From NCBI GenBank assembly GCA_041645165.1, contig JBAZQN010000005.1, positions 19,832 to 83,831 of the forward strand: 64,000 bases of DNA, written 5' to 3'. The notes below the pieces were generated by a model that saw only the letters and a list, made by a program, of their open reading frames with translations, ran no database searches and was not told the DNA's origin. Position numbers and translations under genes: made by a program. Source of the DNA: Patescibacteria group bacterium. Its GTDB lineage: Bacteria; Patescibacteriota; Patescibacteriia; 2-02-FULL-49-11. Of the stretch, positions 39,111 through 48,419 are shown one piece after another; positions within the stretch are counted from its first letter, which is position 1, and each line of letters begins with the position of its first letter.

Positions 39111-41456
39111 ATGTTTGAAAAAGTAATCAAGCTCAAAAAATTCGGAATATTTCGCGACTTTTCATGGTGTAGTAATACTCCAGATCTTGCTCGATTCAAT
39201 TTGATTTATGGTTGGAATAAAAGTGGCAAGACGACTTTTTCGAGAATATTTTCTACTTGCGAAAAAAAGACGACAGAATTTAACCAATACCCGAAAGACA
39301 AAGAAGGAAATTTGGGCGAATTTGAGATAAAGTTAAATAACGGCACTACAATTAAGCATTTCGATTGCCAAAACGGGACAAAACAAATACGAGTATTCAA
39401 TGAAGATTTTATTGACGAGAATGTGTCATTTGATCCATCCAATCCTAGCAATCCGATTGTTTATGTAAGCGAAGTAGATATAGAGAGTAGTAAAAAGTTG
39501 AAGGAGCTAAGAGGGAAAGCTACACTATTATCTCAAAATTTTGAAGCCTATTTGAAAGCCCGCCAAAAAAGCGAAAAGGCAGAAGATGATTTTCGAAAAT
39601 CCACGGCACGCACTATCAAGGACATCGTCGGCAATCTGAAAGTTAATGATAAATACCGCGACTATGACAAGAGTGGCGTAAAGATAGCAATTGAAAATAT
39701 AGGGATTGATAATTTCACCAAATTTTCTGATGAAGATTTTGAAAAAAAGAAAAAACTTATCGGTGGCGACCCACCCAATAATCAATCACTTTTTTCAAAA
39801 TATGATCTTGGATTTTCATTCAATGGAAAAAATCTATCAAATTTTTCAGACATCCACGATGAAATCGCTACATTACTTAAACGCAAAGTGGTCGCGGAAA
39901 CTATTGACCGTCTAAAAAACGATCCCGAATTAAACAAATGGGCGCAACACGGATTCGAGCTACATAAAAACAAAGATGAAAAGAAAAAGTGTTTGTTTTG
40001 CCAAAATGAATTTTCCGAGGGTTTTTTAGATTTGTTATCAAAACATTTCAGCAACGATTACGAAAAATTACAGGACGACATAACATCGTTGATTCAGGGA
40101 TTAGTTGATCTAAAAAAGGAAAAAATTATAGAGAAAATTTCGGAGCTTTATGCAGATTTACAGAGTGGCTATAAAGATATAGCCAAAAGGCTAAATGGCA
40201 TTGTGGAAGAATTGAATGGCTGGATAGATGAGGTAACAAAAAAACTGAATAAGAAGCACGACAACCCGCTTTCAATGGCGGAAGCGCCAAAATCACCAAA
40301 AGATTTTAAGGAATCCTATGATAAAGCGACTGATGAGTTAAATTCTGTTATTGCTAGCCATAATTTGAAGGTCAGAAATCACGAACAAGAAGTAAAAACT
40401 GCGAAAGAGGAATTAGAGAACCACCTCATTGCCGTTGCTTTAAAAGAACTAGATTATCCAAAAATAAAAGCGGATTATGATTCAGACATTGAAACTGAGA
40501 AAAAAGCAAAAAATGCGGTGGAAGAAAATAATAAACAAATATTAATATTAGAAAAAGAAACATCCAATATCGGAAAAGCTGTTCAAAAAATAAACAAACA
40601 TCTGGAAGAATTTTTTGGAAGAAAGGAAATACATCTTGAATTAGACGACTTCAAAAAGGGCTATGTTATAAAACGCGATGATGATACGGCGCACAATTTG
40701 AGTAAGGGCGAAAAAAATGCCATCGCGTTTTCCTATTTTGTTGTTAAAACCCAAGAAAAAGGATTCAAAACTGATGAAGGAATAATTGTAATTGATGACC
40801 CTATTTCCAGCTTTGATTCCAATTTTATCTATCATTGCTTTTCATTGATAAAAAGTCACTTCAAAGAATCCGAGCAGTTGATCGTCTCGACTCATAATTT
40901 TGAATTTTTTAATTTGGTGAAAGATTGGTTTGAGCAAAAAAACCGGAAAGTAGAGAGCGATAATAAGAAAATTGCGAACGAGTTAGATAAAAAGCCCACC
41001 CCTTGCGAATTTTTTATGATTGAAAATACCGTTGAGAATGAAAAACGGTGCGCCTCAATCGTACCATTGGAAGAAACTTTGAGGAAATTCAAGTCAGAGT
41101 ACCATTTTCTTTTTTCTAGATTGAATCAGTTTATCGCTGCAGGTTCGCCGAACTACGCCGACTTTTACACTATCGGAAATATAGCAAGAAGATTTTTAGA
41201 AATTTACATAAACTTTAAAATTCCAACCACCGGCGACTTAAAAAGCAGGGTTGATCAACTTGATACACAGACAGTAAGTGACACGGAAAAAGATAAGGTG
41301 TATAGATTAATTCAGGAATTTTCGCATGGGCTTGATCCTGTGAGCACGATTGAGCACAAGGACAAAAGCGAGATACAAGGTGCAATTAAAGTATTGCTGA
41401 AAATGGTTGAGGAGTCGGACAATAAGCATTTCGAATCATTGAAAAGTACGTTATAA
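39111..41456 (+). CDS. RloC/PrrC-like coiled-coil ABC ATPase (candidate anticodon nuclease / abortive-infection effector)
   Basis: Walker A GWNKSGKTT, about 350 aa of coiled coil with a CLFCQNEF CxxC zinc-hook-like motif, Walker B IVIDDPISSFD, H-loop STHN, and a C-terminal region with ARRFLE (R-x3-E) and an ...EFSHGLD motif reminiscent of the PrrC nuclease triad. It sits immediately downstream of the Type I RM genes. Confidence 0.5.
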   Translation: MFEKVIKLKKFGIFRDFSWCSNTPDLARFNLIYGWNKSGKTTFSRIFSTCEKKTTEFNQYPKDKEGNLGEFEIKLNNGTTIKHFDCQNGTKQIRVFNEDFIDENVSFDPSNPSNPIVYVSEVDIESSKKLKELRGKATLLSQNFEAYLKARQKSEKAEDDFRKSTARTIKDIVGNLKVNDKYRDYDKSGVKIAIENIGIDNFTKFSDEDFEKKKKLIGGDPPNNQSLFSKYDLGFSFNGKNLSNFSDIHDEIATLLKRKVVAETIDRLKNDPELNKWAQHGFELHKNKDEKKKCLFCQNEFSEGFLDLLSKHFSNDYEKLQDDITSLIQGLVDLKKEKIIEKISELYADLQSGYKDIAKRLNGIVEELNGWIDEVTKKLNKKHDNPLSMAEAPKSPKDFKESYDKATDELNSVIASHNLKVRNHEQEVKTAKEELENHLIAVALKELDYPKIKADYDSDIETEKKAKNAVEENNKQILILEKETSNIGKAVQKINKHLEEFFGRKEIHLELDDFKKGYVIKRDDDTAHNLSKGEKNAIAFSYFVVKTQEKGFKTDEGIIVIDDPISSFDSNFIYHCFSLIKSHFKESEQLIVSTHNFEFFNLVKDWFEQKNRKVESDNKKIANELDKKPTPCEFFMIENTVENEKRCASIVPLEETLRKFKSEYHFLFSRLNQFIAAGSPNYADFYTIGNIARRFLEIYINFKIPTTGDLKSRVDQLDTQTVSDTEKDKVYRLIQEFSHGLDPVSTIEHKDKSEIQGAIKVLLKMVEESDNKHFESLKSTL

Positions 41457-41571
41457 TAAATTTGATGTCCCGCCGTCCGCTCGCCAAAAATTCTGTTTCG
41501 CTCCGCAGGAGCGATGATGTGGAAAGCGTTTCCGCCGTCTTGGTATCAAGACATCAAAGCAAAATAATCTT

Positions 41572-42093
41572 ATGCCAGATGATAATTTAACTACTGAATC
41601 ACCAGCGGCGGAGGTGCCGGTAGAGATGCCGGTGGTGCCAAACGAACCGATTCCGCCAGTCAAAATTCCACCTGTGACACCAAGCGAACCGGTGCCGGCA
41701 TCAGCGCCGCCGACAACGGAAGTGCCGGTTGAGGTTAGCCCCAGTGCCTCGGCAGTAGCTCCAACCGTTGTAACCTCGCCCACGCCGCCGCCCGCGCAAG
41801 CCGAACCAGCGCCTGCCATCGGGTTAGCGCCGGCCGTGAATTTAAAGTCATTGTTGGCGAAGGCCATGGAGACCATCAGATTCCGCAGAAATGCGAAGCT
41901 GGAAAAAATCATGAAATTTGTGGGCGAAAAAGGCTCTGTCACTAATGACCAGGCGCAAATGCTGCTCCGCATTTCCGATGCCACCGCAAGTCGCTATCTT
42001 TTGACGCTCACCCAACAGGGGCGTCTGCGGAGGACCGGCAAGACATCGGGCAGCCGCTATGAGTCGACAGTCGGCTCAAATGGAGGGAATTGA
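41572..42093 (+). CDS. Hypothetical Pro-rich protein with C-terminal winged-helix-like domain
   Basis: N-terminal PxxP-rich low complexity and a C-terminal KIMKFVGEKGSVTNDQAQMLLRISDATASRYLLTLTQQGRL. Confidence 0.4.
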   Translation: MPDDNLTTESPAAEVPVEMPVVPNEPIPPVKIPPVTPSEPVPASAPPTTEVPVEVSPSASAVAPTVVTSPTPPPAQAEPAPAIGLAPAVNLKSLLAKAMETIRFRRNAKLEKIMKFVGEKGSVTNDQAQMLLRISDATASRYLLTLTQQGRLRRTGKTSGSRYESTVGSNGGN

Positions 42094-42304
42094 GCCGATG
42101 GCGATGCAAGAATGAGCGATAGCCGTTATAAAAATTTGGTTTTATTCGGAGAATTGTACTCACATTATAGACATCACATTGAGAAATGGTACTCATCAGC
42201 AGTGTCATGGTGAGCTTGTCGAATCCATACACTGCGGACATCCTTCGACAGGCTCAGGATGACAGTACTACGTCATGATGTGATATCTATAAGCGCAAAA
42301 AATT

Positions 42305-42655
42305 ATGGGCATGGTTGAAAATTTTCGTACGCACGAAGCGTTTATCAAAAGAGAATTAAAACGCGCGCATAGCGACGCGGGGTGGCGGGATTTGTCGGAT
42401 TATCACCACACGCAAATTCAAAATTTCCAGCATGAGCGGCTGGTTCATTTGCTCGTGACCCTGACGTATGCCTTGGTCAATCTGATTGCCCTCGCGATCA
42501 CGCTCGCATTTCCCAGCATTGGCATAGTAATTTTGGACATTATCCTGCTCGTGATGCTCGCGTTTTATGTCTGGCATTATTTTGCTCTGGAAAACGGCAT
42601 TGCGCGGCTGTACCAATTGGACCAAAAAATTATCAAGAAATACCTGGATAGATAG
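42305..42655 (+). CDS. Small hypothetical membrane protein
   Basis: Two TM helices and no identifiable family. Confidence 0.35.
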   Translation: MGMVENFRTHEAFIKRELKRAHSDAGWRDLSDYHHTQIQNFQHERLVHLLVTLTYALVNLIALAITLAFPSIGIVILDIILLVMLAFYVWHYFALENGIARLYQLDQKIIKKYLDR

Positions 42656-42669
42656 CCATAAATCACTTT

Positions 42670-43209
42670 ATGCATTATCATCCCGCAGACACTGAAGGCG
42701 CGCCGCCGCAAGAAGAGATATATACGGGAAATGAAATTATCATCGCAAGCAAGCGGGAAAATGCAAAGATTATTATTGATGAAATTGAACAAAAAATGCA
42801 AGAGCTTGGATGGTTGGAGGATAACGTAAATATTTTTATCACAGCTTTAAGCGAAGCATTAAATAATGCGATCGTCCACGGCAATTTTGGATTGGCGCAG
42901 GCACAATTTTCTGATGATGAAAAATATAGCGATGCGATAAAAGAAGCTGAAGCAAAATGGGGTGAAGTAAAGAAAGTAATCATCACTATTGAAGACATGA
43001 GTTCTACTCATATATCAATGATGGTCACTGACGAAGGAAAAGGATTTAATCATGAAGCGTTGCTTGATCCTAGACAACCAGAAAACTTATTAAAGGAGAG
43101 CGGGCGCGGAGTGTTGATTATGCAAAAACTTGTGAAGGTAGAATATTTAGGTGACGGAAACAAGGTGCGTCTGGAATTGCCACGCGTGGCAGAGGAAACC
43201 GCTCGCTGA
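42670..43209 (+). CDS. GHKL/HATPase_c-domain protein (anti-sigma-factor / RsbW-like ATP-binding protein)
   Basis: N-box ALSEALNNAIVHGNF, then the G-boxes DEGKGF and GRGVLIM. Confidence 0.55.
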   Translation: MHYHPADTEGAPPQEEIYTGNEIIIASKRENAKIIIDEIEQKMQELGWLEDNVNIFITALSEALNNAIVHGNFGLAQAQFSDDEKYSDAIKEAEAKWGEVKKVIITIEDMSSTHISMMVTDEGKGFNHEALLDPRQPENLLKESGRGVLIMQKLVKVEYLGDGNKVRLELPRVAEETAR

Positions 43210-43283
43210 GATTTATTCTCTCATTGCCGCCAGAGGCGGACACAGCGTGCGCTTTGCCGCATGAGCAGAAAATTTATATTACT

Positions 43284-43492
43284 ATACTCGATTGCTATTC
43301 AAATTCCGATTCTATCGTCATTCCCGCCCCGTATCACGGTACGGGGCAGGCTCCAGCGGGAATCCAGACGCCGTCCTCGACCGAGATCGGGGAACACCAA
43401 AAGAAAATAGATTTTTTTGTTTGTTTTTTATGTCTGGATTCCAGATCAGGTCTGGAATGACAATCGGAACTGGGTTGGCAATGTAGTATAAT
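43284..43492 (+). mobile_element. MITE-like repeat, copy 2 (subfamily A)
   Basis: About 90% identical to 5011-5242. Its right end supplies TAGTATAAT 10 nt upstream of the methyltransferase ATG. Confidence 0.8.
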
Positions 43493-43502
43493 TCAAGGGT
43501 AT

Positions 43503-44420
43503 ATGGCCTCAAGAGAATTACATAAAAAGTTGAATGAGCTTCGTGAAGTCTTTGATTTTGAGAAAGTATTATCAATTTCCGCTGATAATAAGTACATTCA
43601 AAAGTATTATAGGGTAAACCAGATACCCTATTCTGTTTTCCATACGCATACAGACCTCATGTATATGGGTATCAGCAGGGATGGCGTATACAAAGAAAGC
43701 GACCTTCTTGCCCATGCGCGTTTTGTTGATGGTTATATAAAGAAATATTGCGCCAAAAAGGTTTTGGAAATTGCCACTGGGCGCGGGGCAAATTCTGCGT
43801 ATTTAGCCAAGATGAATCCAGAAGTCCAGTTTTACGGGATTGATCTCTCGCCCGGGCAATTGGCCTATGCAGAGAAAAGGGGGCGTCGGTTCCCAAATTA
43901 TTTTCCCACGCAGGGCGATTATCATGATTTATCACGATATGCTCCCGATACATTCGACATTGTCTTTGTCGTGGAAGCATTGTGTTATAGCAGGGAGAAG
44001 GAAAAGGTATTAGATGAGGTGTACAGGGTTTTGAAAAAGGGCGGGTATTTTATCATTTCCGACGGCTATAGGAGCGCCTCAAATCTCGATGAAGCGGAAA
44101 AGTTGGCGTGCCGTTTGTGCGAGAGAGGAATGGCGCTTGAGGTGTTTGACACCTATGATGAATTTTTAAGGGTGATAAAATTGAGCAAGTTTTCCATCGC
44201 ACATGAGGAGGATGTCTCAACGTGCATCATGCCTACGCTTTACAAGTTTGAATCCCTCGCGCGTAAATTTTTGAAATGTAAAAGGTGCGCAAAGTGGGCG
44301 CTCATGATTCTCCCCTCTGCGTTTGTAAATAATTTCATCTCTGCCTATCTCATGCCTACCATTGTCAAAGACAGGATTGGCAGCTATTGGATCACGGTAT
44401 TAAAAAAGCAAGGGAGTTAA
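43503..44420 (+). CDS. Class I SAM-dependent methyltransferase
   Basis: Motif I VLEIATGRGANSAYL, post-I GIDLSP, motif IV-like VFVVEAL. Confidence 0.75.
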   Translation: MASRELHKKLNELREVFDFEKVLSISADNKYIQKYYRVNQIPYSVFHTHTDLMYMGISRDGVYKESDLLAHARFVDGYIKKYCAKKVLEIATGRGANSAYLAKMNPEVQFYGIDLSPGQLAYAEKRGRRFPNYFPTQGDYHDLSRYAPDTFDIVFVVEALCYSREKEKVLDEVYRVLKKGGYFIISDGYRSASNLDEAEKLACRLCERGMALEVFDTYDEFLRVIKLSKFSIAHEEDVSTCIMPTLYKFESLARKFLKCKRCAKWALMILPSAFVNNFISAYLMPTIVKDRIGSYWITVLKKQGS

Positions 44421-44447
44421 CCTCATATTTCCTTACATTCGCGATAG

Positions 44448-45089
44448 GTGAATAGCAGATATGTTTTATTTATGGAAATTATTTTGGCTACCCGTAATAC
44501 TGATAAGTTGAAACAGTTCTCCATCTTTTTCAGGGATTTAGGGCTATCGCTTGTGTTGCCGCAGCAGGAGATCAGCGTGGATGAAGACAAGCCGACTTTG
44601 CAAGAGAATGCGGAGAAAAAGGCGCTCGCATATTCTGCATTGTATCCGCAGCAGTTTGTCGTGGCCACTGATGGCGGCATTACAGTTCCCTATCTGGGAG
44701 AACGCTGGAACCACGTGTGGACGCGCAGGCTTTCCGGGCTTGATGCGTCCAGTGTATTCACCGACCGAGAGCGTTGCGAATCACTGCTCGCATTGTTAAA
44801 AGACGCGAAGGGCGATGAGCGCCGCGTATCATGGCGCGAGGCGTATGCGGTCGCGCGCGCAGAGAAGATTATTTTTTCCGAAGAGTTGTCCGGCGCTGAT
44901 GACCAGGGGATGCTTCTGAACCATATTCCTCCTGATTTTCAGGAGAGCGGTTATTGGATTGGTTATCTATGGCACGAACCGCGGTTCAAGAAACATTATA
45001 TGGCGCTCACTGAGGAAGAAAAGAAAACCCGTGACTGCGCCACCGCCCAATTCGTCCGGCTTATAAAGGAAAGGAAAATTTTTGAATAA
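44448..45089 (+). CDS. Ham1/RdgB-like non-canonical purine NTP pyrophosphatase homolog
   Basis: ILATRNTDKLKQF, DEDKPTLQENAEKKA and ATDGGITV resemble ITPase motifs. The likely true start is the internal Met at 44472. Confidence 0.5.
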   Translation: MNSRYVLFMEIILATRNTDKLKQFSIFFRDLGLSLVLPQQEISVDEDKPTLQENAEKKALAYSALYPQQFVVATDGGITVPYLGERWNHVWTRRLSGLDASSVFTDRERCESLLALLKDAKGDERRVSWREAYAVARAEKIIFSEELSGADDQGMLLNHIPPDFQESGYWIGYLWHEPRFKKHYMALTEEEKKTRDCATAQFVRLIKERKIFE

Positions 45090-45155
45090 TTAAATTGCAG
45101 TAATTTTAATTCTCTCATTTGACTCCGTTATACCACGGGACAAGCATGCTGACCC

Positions 45156-45314
45156 AATTCCGATCGTCATTCCAGACTTGATCTGGAATCCAGAAACAAA
45201 AATAAACAAAAACCGATCGATTTTTATGTTTGTTTTGGTTTTCTAGATCCCGCATCTTAAGTGCGGGATGACGGTGAGGATCGGAATTTGAATAGCAATT
45301 GAGTATAACAAGCA
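45156..45314 (-). mobile_element. MITE-like repeat, copy 3 (subfamily B, inverted orientation)
   Basis: Same termini as copies 1, 2 and 5 but a different core (cgcacttaagatgcgggatctagaaaac...). A TTGACA-N17-ATAGGA promoter-like sequence abuts it at 45319-45347, facing the thrC-like gene. Confidence 0.7.
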
Positions 45315-45434
45315 TGCCTGTTGACAAGAGGTAGGTGGTTTGTATAGGATGAGAATAGTCTATGTACCATTGCACCAAGGTCAACGCCATCATTATCAGC
45401 ATTATACTTGTAAGCCCTTTCAAGAGGCCTTGAT

Positions 45435-47378
45435 GTGCATTCGAAATTAATGCGAAACGTCACGAGCCTCCACTCAAAGGGGCTCGATTTCATTTTAAGT
45501 TCTATGCCGCAATCAACGCCCAATGCACCGGACACGGCACTGCTTATGGATTGGCAGGCGCGTTGCCATGAGTGCGGCATGGAGTTTAGCCTGCACGAGG
45601 CGGTCCATCGCTGCCTCCATTGCAAGGGGCCGCTCAACCTTCTTTGCGATTATCAGGAGCTTGCGCGATTCATTAACCAGACTGACTGGAAAGAGTCAAA
45701 CCTGCGCTCCAGCAAATACTGGCGCGCGCTTCCTCTGGGGAATTTCACGCAGATCGTGACTCTGCAGGAAGGTGTCACGCCTTTGAAGCTCCTGTCGAAC
45801 CTTGGGGAGCGGCAGGGCATTAAGCGCTTGTGGGCGAAATTGGAGAGTGAGAACCCCACGGGATGTTTCAAGGATCGCGGGTCGCTTTTGGAAATTTCTT
45901 GGGCCGTGCAGCATGGGTATAAGGCAGTGGTGTGCGCATCCACCGGCAATATGGCCGGGTCGGTCGCGGCGTACGCGGCAAAAGCAGGACTTGAATGCTA
46001 CATTTTTGTGCCAGAGGGAGTGCCCATTGGCAAGCTTTCCATGATTATCGCGTATGGCGCGAAGCCTATTGCAGTCCGCGGAAGCTACAATGACTGTGTG
46101 CGGCTGGCAGAATATTTAGCGTCCGAGGAGGGTTACTTTCTCGCCGGGGATTATGCCCTGCGCGCAGAAGGGAGCAAGACGCAGGCCTATGAAATTATCG
46201 AACAGCTGCACTGGCAGGTGCCAGAGTGGGTGGCGGTGCCCATGGGGAACGGCACGAATCTTTCAGGGATCGCAAAAGGTTTCCAGGATCTTTTAGCGCT
46301 TGGCCTTATTGACCGCTTGCCGAAACTTCTTGGCGTACAGGCGGCGCAATCCTCGCCTATAGTTGAAGCATGGCAGAGGAATGAGGCGAAAGTCATAGCG
46401 TCTGAATCGCTCGCCCAGACCGTGGCGCAAGCGGCAAATGTGGGTAATCCTTTGGATGCCACGAAGGCCTTGAGCGCGATCAGGGAAAGCGGGGGACAGG
46501 CGGTCGCGGTGAGCGAGGAAGAGATTTTGTGCGCGCAGGAAGAATTAAGCAGGGCAGAATCAGTGTTCATAGAGCCGTCGTCCGCGCTTGTCTGGGCAGG
46601 GGTGAAGAAACTGAAAGAACAGGGAACAGTGAACAGTGATCAGAGTATCGTTTTGGTGCTGACAGGCCATGGCTTAAAAGATCCCAAGAGCGTGCTCGTG
46701 AGGGCGGTGGAACCGCCGGTTATCGCGCCCACCGTTGCCGCCTTGCAGGAATTATGGAAGGAGCGGCTGTATGCGCTCACAAAGGTGAGCAAGAGTGAAG
46801 GTATGAAAGTCCTGTGGGATGCGCACACTATCCCTACGGACCTTGGCGTGCGGGCGAAGAAGCTTTTCCATGTCGCGCTGGATAAGGCGCATGAGGAGCG
46901 GCTCGCAATTTCCGTCGCGCAGTTCCATGAGAAAATGCATGAGATGACGCTGCACAGTTTCAATCTCCTCCTTGAAGATGTGACCAAACTCCCGTACGAT
47001 TACCAAGAGATACTGCGGATTGCGGATTTCACCATCCAGGTTCCCCGGCACGCGATGCCGCGCGCCGAGGTAAGCGTGAAGCTCAACGGCGGAACGTACG
47101 AAGGTGAATATGAGGGCGTGGGGCCGGTTGACGCGGTCATTAAGGGCGCAGAAGAAGCGCTTGCCAAATCCCCGCACGGCATTCCCCATGCACTGGTGGA
47201 TTACGACGTGGAGATCGACCGCGGCGGCACCGACGCTATTGTCCGCGTGCACCTCGCGCTTGAGCACCCGAACGGCGCCAAGGTGACCGGCTCGGCGGTG
47301 TCGCCGGACGTCATCACCGCGTCCGTGGTGGCGTTTGAGAGAGCATATAATTTGTTGTATCAAAAGGTGACATCGTAA
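45435..47378 (+). CDS. Threonine-synthase-like PLP enzyme fused to a C-terminal LeuA-type allosteric (LeuA_dimer) regulatory domain
   Basis: N-terminal Zn-ribbon (CHECG..CLHCKG), ThrC PLP motif ENPTGCFKDRGS and a fold-type II core. The C-terminal ~200 aa align to the LeuA regulatory domain (GVGPVDAVIKGAEEAL; LVDYDVEIDRGGTDAIVRVHLALEHPNGAKVTGSAVSPDVITASVVAFERAYN vs E. coli LeuA ..[37 protein letters not shown]). Confidence 0.8.
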   Translation: MHSKLMRNVTSLHSKGLDFILSSMPQSTPNAPDTALLMDWQARCHECGMEFSLHEAVHRCLHCKGPLNLLCDYQELARFINQTDWKESNLRSSKYWRALPLGNFTQIVTLQEGVTPLKLLSNLGERQGIKRLWAKLESENPTGCFKDRGSLLEISWAVQHGYKAVVCASTGNMAGSVAAYAAKAGLECYIFVPEGVPIGKLSMIIAYGAKPIAVRGSYNDCVRLAEYLASEEGYFLAGDYALRAEGSKTQAYEIIEQLHWQVPEWVAVPMGNGTNLSGIAKGFQDLLALGLIDRLPKLLGVQAAQSSPIVEAWQRNEAKVIASESLAQTVAQAANVGNPLDATKALSAIRESGGQAVAVSEEEILCAQEELSRAESVFIEPSSALVWAGVKKLKEQGTVNSDQSIVLVLTGHGLKDPKSVLVRAVEPPVIAPTVAALQELWKERLYALTKVSKSEGMKVLWDAHTIPTDLGVRAKKLFHVALDKAHEERLAISVAQFHEKMHEMTLHSFNLLLEDVTKLPYDYQEILRIADFTIQVPRHAMPRAEVSVKLNGGTYEGEYEGVGPVDAVIKGAEEALAKSPHGIPHALVDYDVEIDRGGTDAIVRVHLALEHPNGAKVTGSAVSPDVITASVVAFERAYNLLYQKVTS

Positions 47379-47381
47379 GAT

Positions 47382-47491
47382 GTCATCCCCGCGAAGGCGG
47401 GGATCTAGAAAACAAAAATAAAAAATAGATCGATTTTGCTGTTTATTTTTTGTCTGGATTCCTGCCTGCGCAGGAATGACAATATTGAAGG
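47382..47491 (+). mobile_element. MITE-like repeat, copy 4 (subfamily B, left arm missing)
   Basis: gtcatccccgcgaaggcggggatctagaaaac...tgtctggattcc..caggaatgacaat matches the copy 3 core and right terminus. Confidence 0.65.
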
Positions 47492-47512
47492 TATTACTTT
47501 GTTATAAATACT

Positions 47513-48415
47513 ATGCAGCCTACCCAATTCATCTGGCTCAACGGTTCATTCGTCCCCTGGCAGGAGGCGAAAATCCACGTCCTCGCGCACGCGCTCCACT
47601 ATGGCACGGGCGTGTTCGAGGGAATCCGCACCTACGCCACGGCAAAGGGCCCTGCGGTTTTCCAGTTGGAGAAGCACCTGGAGCGCTTCCTCTACGGCGC
47701 CTCGTGTTTGCGCATGCAGGTTCCCTATACGAAAGAGCGGCTCGCAGAGGCGGTCGTGGCGACGATACGCAAAAACGACATTAAGGAATGTTACGTCCGC
47801 CCGATCATGTTTTACGGCTACGGCGAACTGCGCGTGAATCCCGCGGGCTGTCCGGTGGACGTCGCGATTGCGGTCTGGCCGTGGGGCGCCTATCTGGGAG
47901 AGGCGGCCATCACGGCGAAAGTGTCCAAGGTCATCCGCATCCACCCGCATTCGTCCGCGACCGATGCGAAGATCACCGGCCATTATGTCAATTCTATGCT
48001 CGCGGGGCTTGATGCCGTTGATGCCGGATACGGGGAAGCCATTCAGCTGGATTATGAAGGTAATATTGCCGAGGGCACGGGCGAGAATTTTTTCATGGTC
48101 AAAAACGGCGTGGTGGCGACCCCGCCGCTTGGCACTATCCTCGCGGGCATAACCCGCACTTCGGTCATCACCCTTGCCCGCGATTTGGGCTACACGGTGG
48201 AGGAGCGCCCTCTTTCCCTTGCGGAAGTGTTGAAGGCGGATGAGTGCTTTTTCACCGGCACTGCGACGGAGATCGCCGGCATCGGGAAGATTGACGACAC
48301 GGAGTTCAAAGACGCCCCAGGCCCGGTGACTAAGAGACTCACTGACGCGTTTAAGACCATCGTGAAAGCGGAAAACGAGAAGTATATGCATTGGCTTACC
48401 TTGGTGAATAAATAA
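47513..48415 (+). CDS. ilvE: Branched-chain-amino-acid aminotransferase
   Basis: 300 aa, fold type IV, with an IlvE-like N-terminus ([34 protein letters not shown]). Confidence 0.9.
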   Translation: MQPTQFIWLNGSFVPWQEAKIHVLAHALHYGTGVFEGIRTYATAKGPAVFQLEKHLERFLYGASCLRMQVPYTKERLAEAVVATIRKNDIKECYVRPIMFYGYGELRVNPAGCPVDVAIAVWPWGAYLGEAAITAKVSKVIRIHPHSSATDAKITGHYVNSMLAGLDAVDAGYGEAIQLDYEGNIAEGTGENFFMVKNGVVATPPLGTILAGITRTSVITLARDLGYTVEERPLSLAEVLKADECFFTGTATEIAGIGKIDDTEFKDAPGPVTKRLTDAFKTIVKAENEKYMHWLTLVNK

Positions 48416-48419
48416 TTCT

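Noticed and set aside
41451-41984. Minus-strand 177-aa ORF overlapping the 41572-42093 gene.
   Set aside because: Gly/Thr/Ala low-complexity translation typical of the antisense frame of a Pro-rich gene. The plus-strand ORF has a recognisable winged-helix-like C-terminus.
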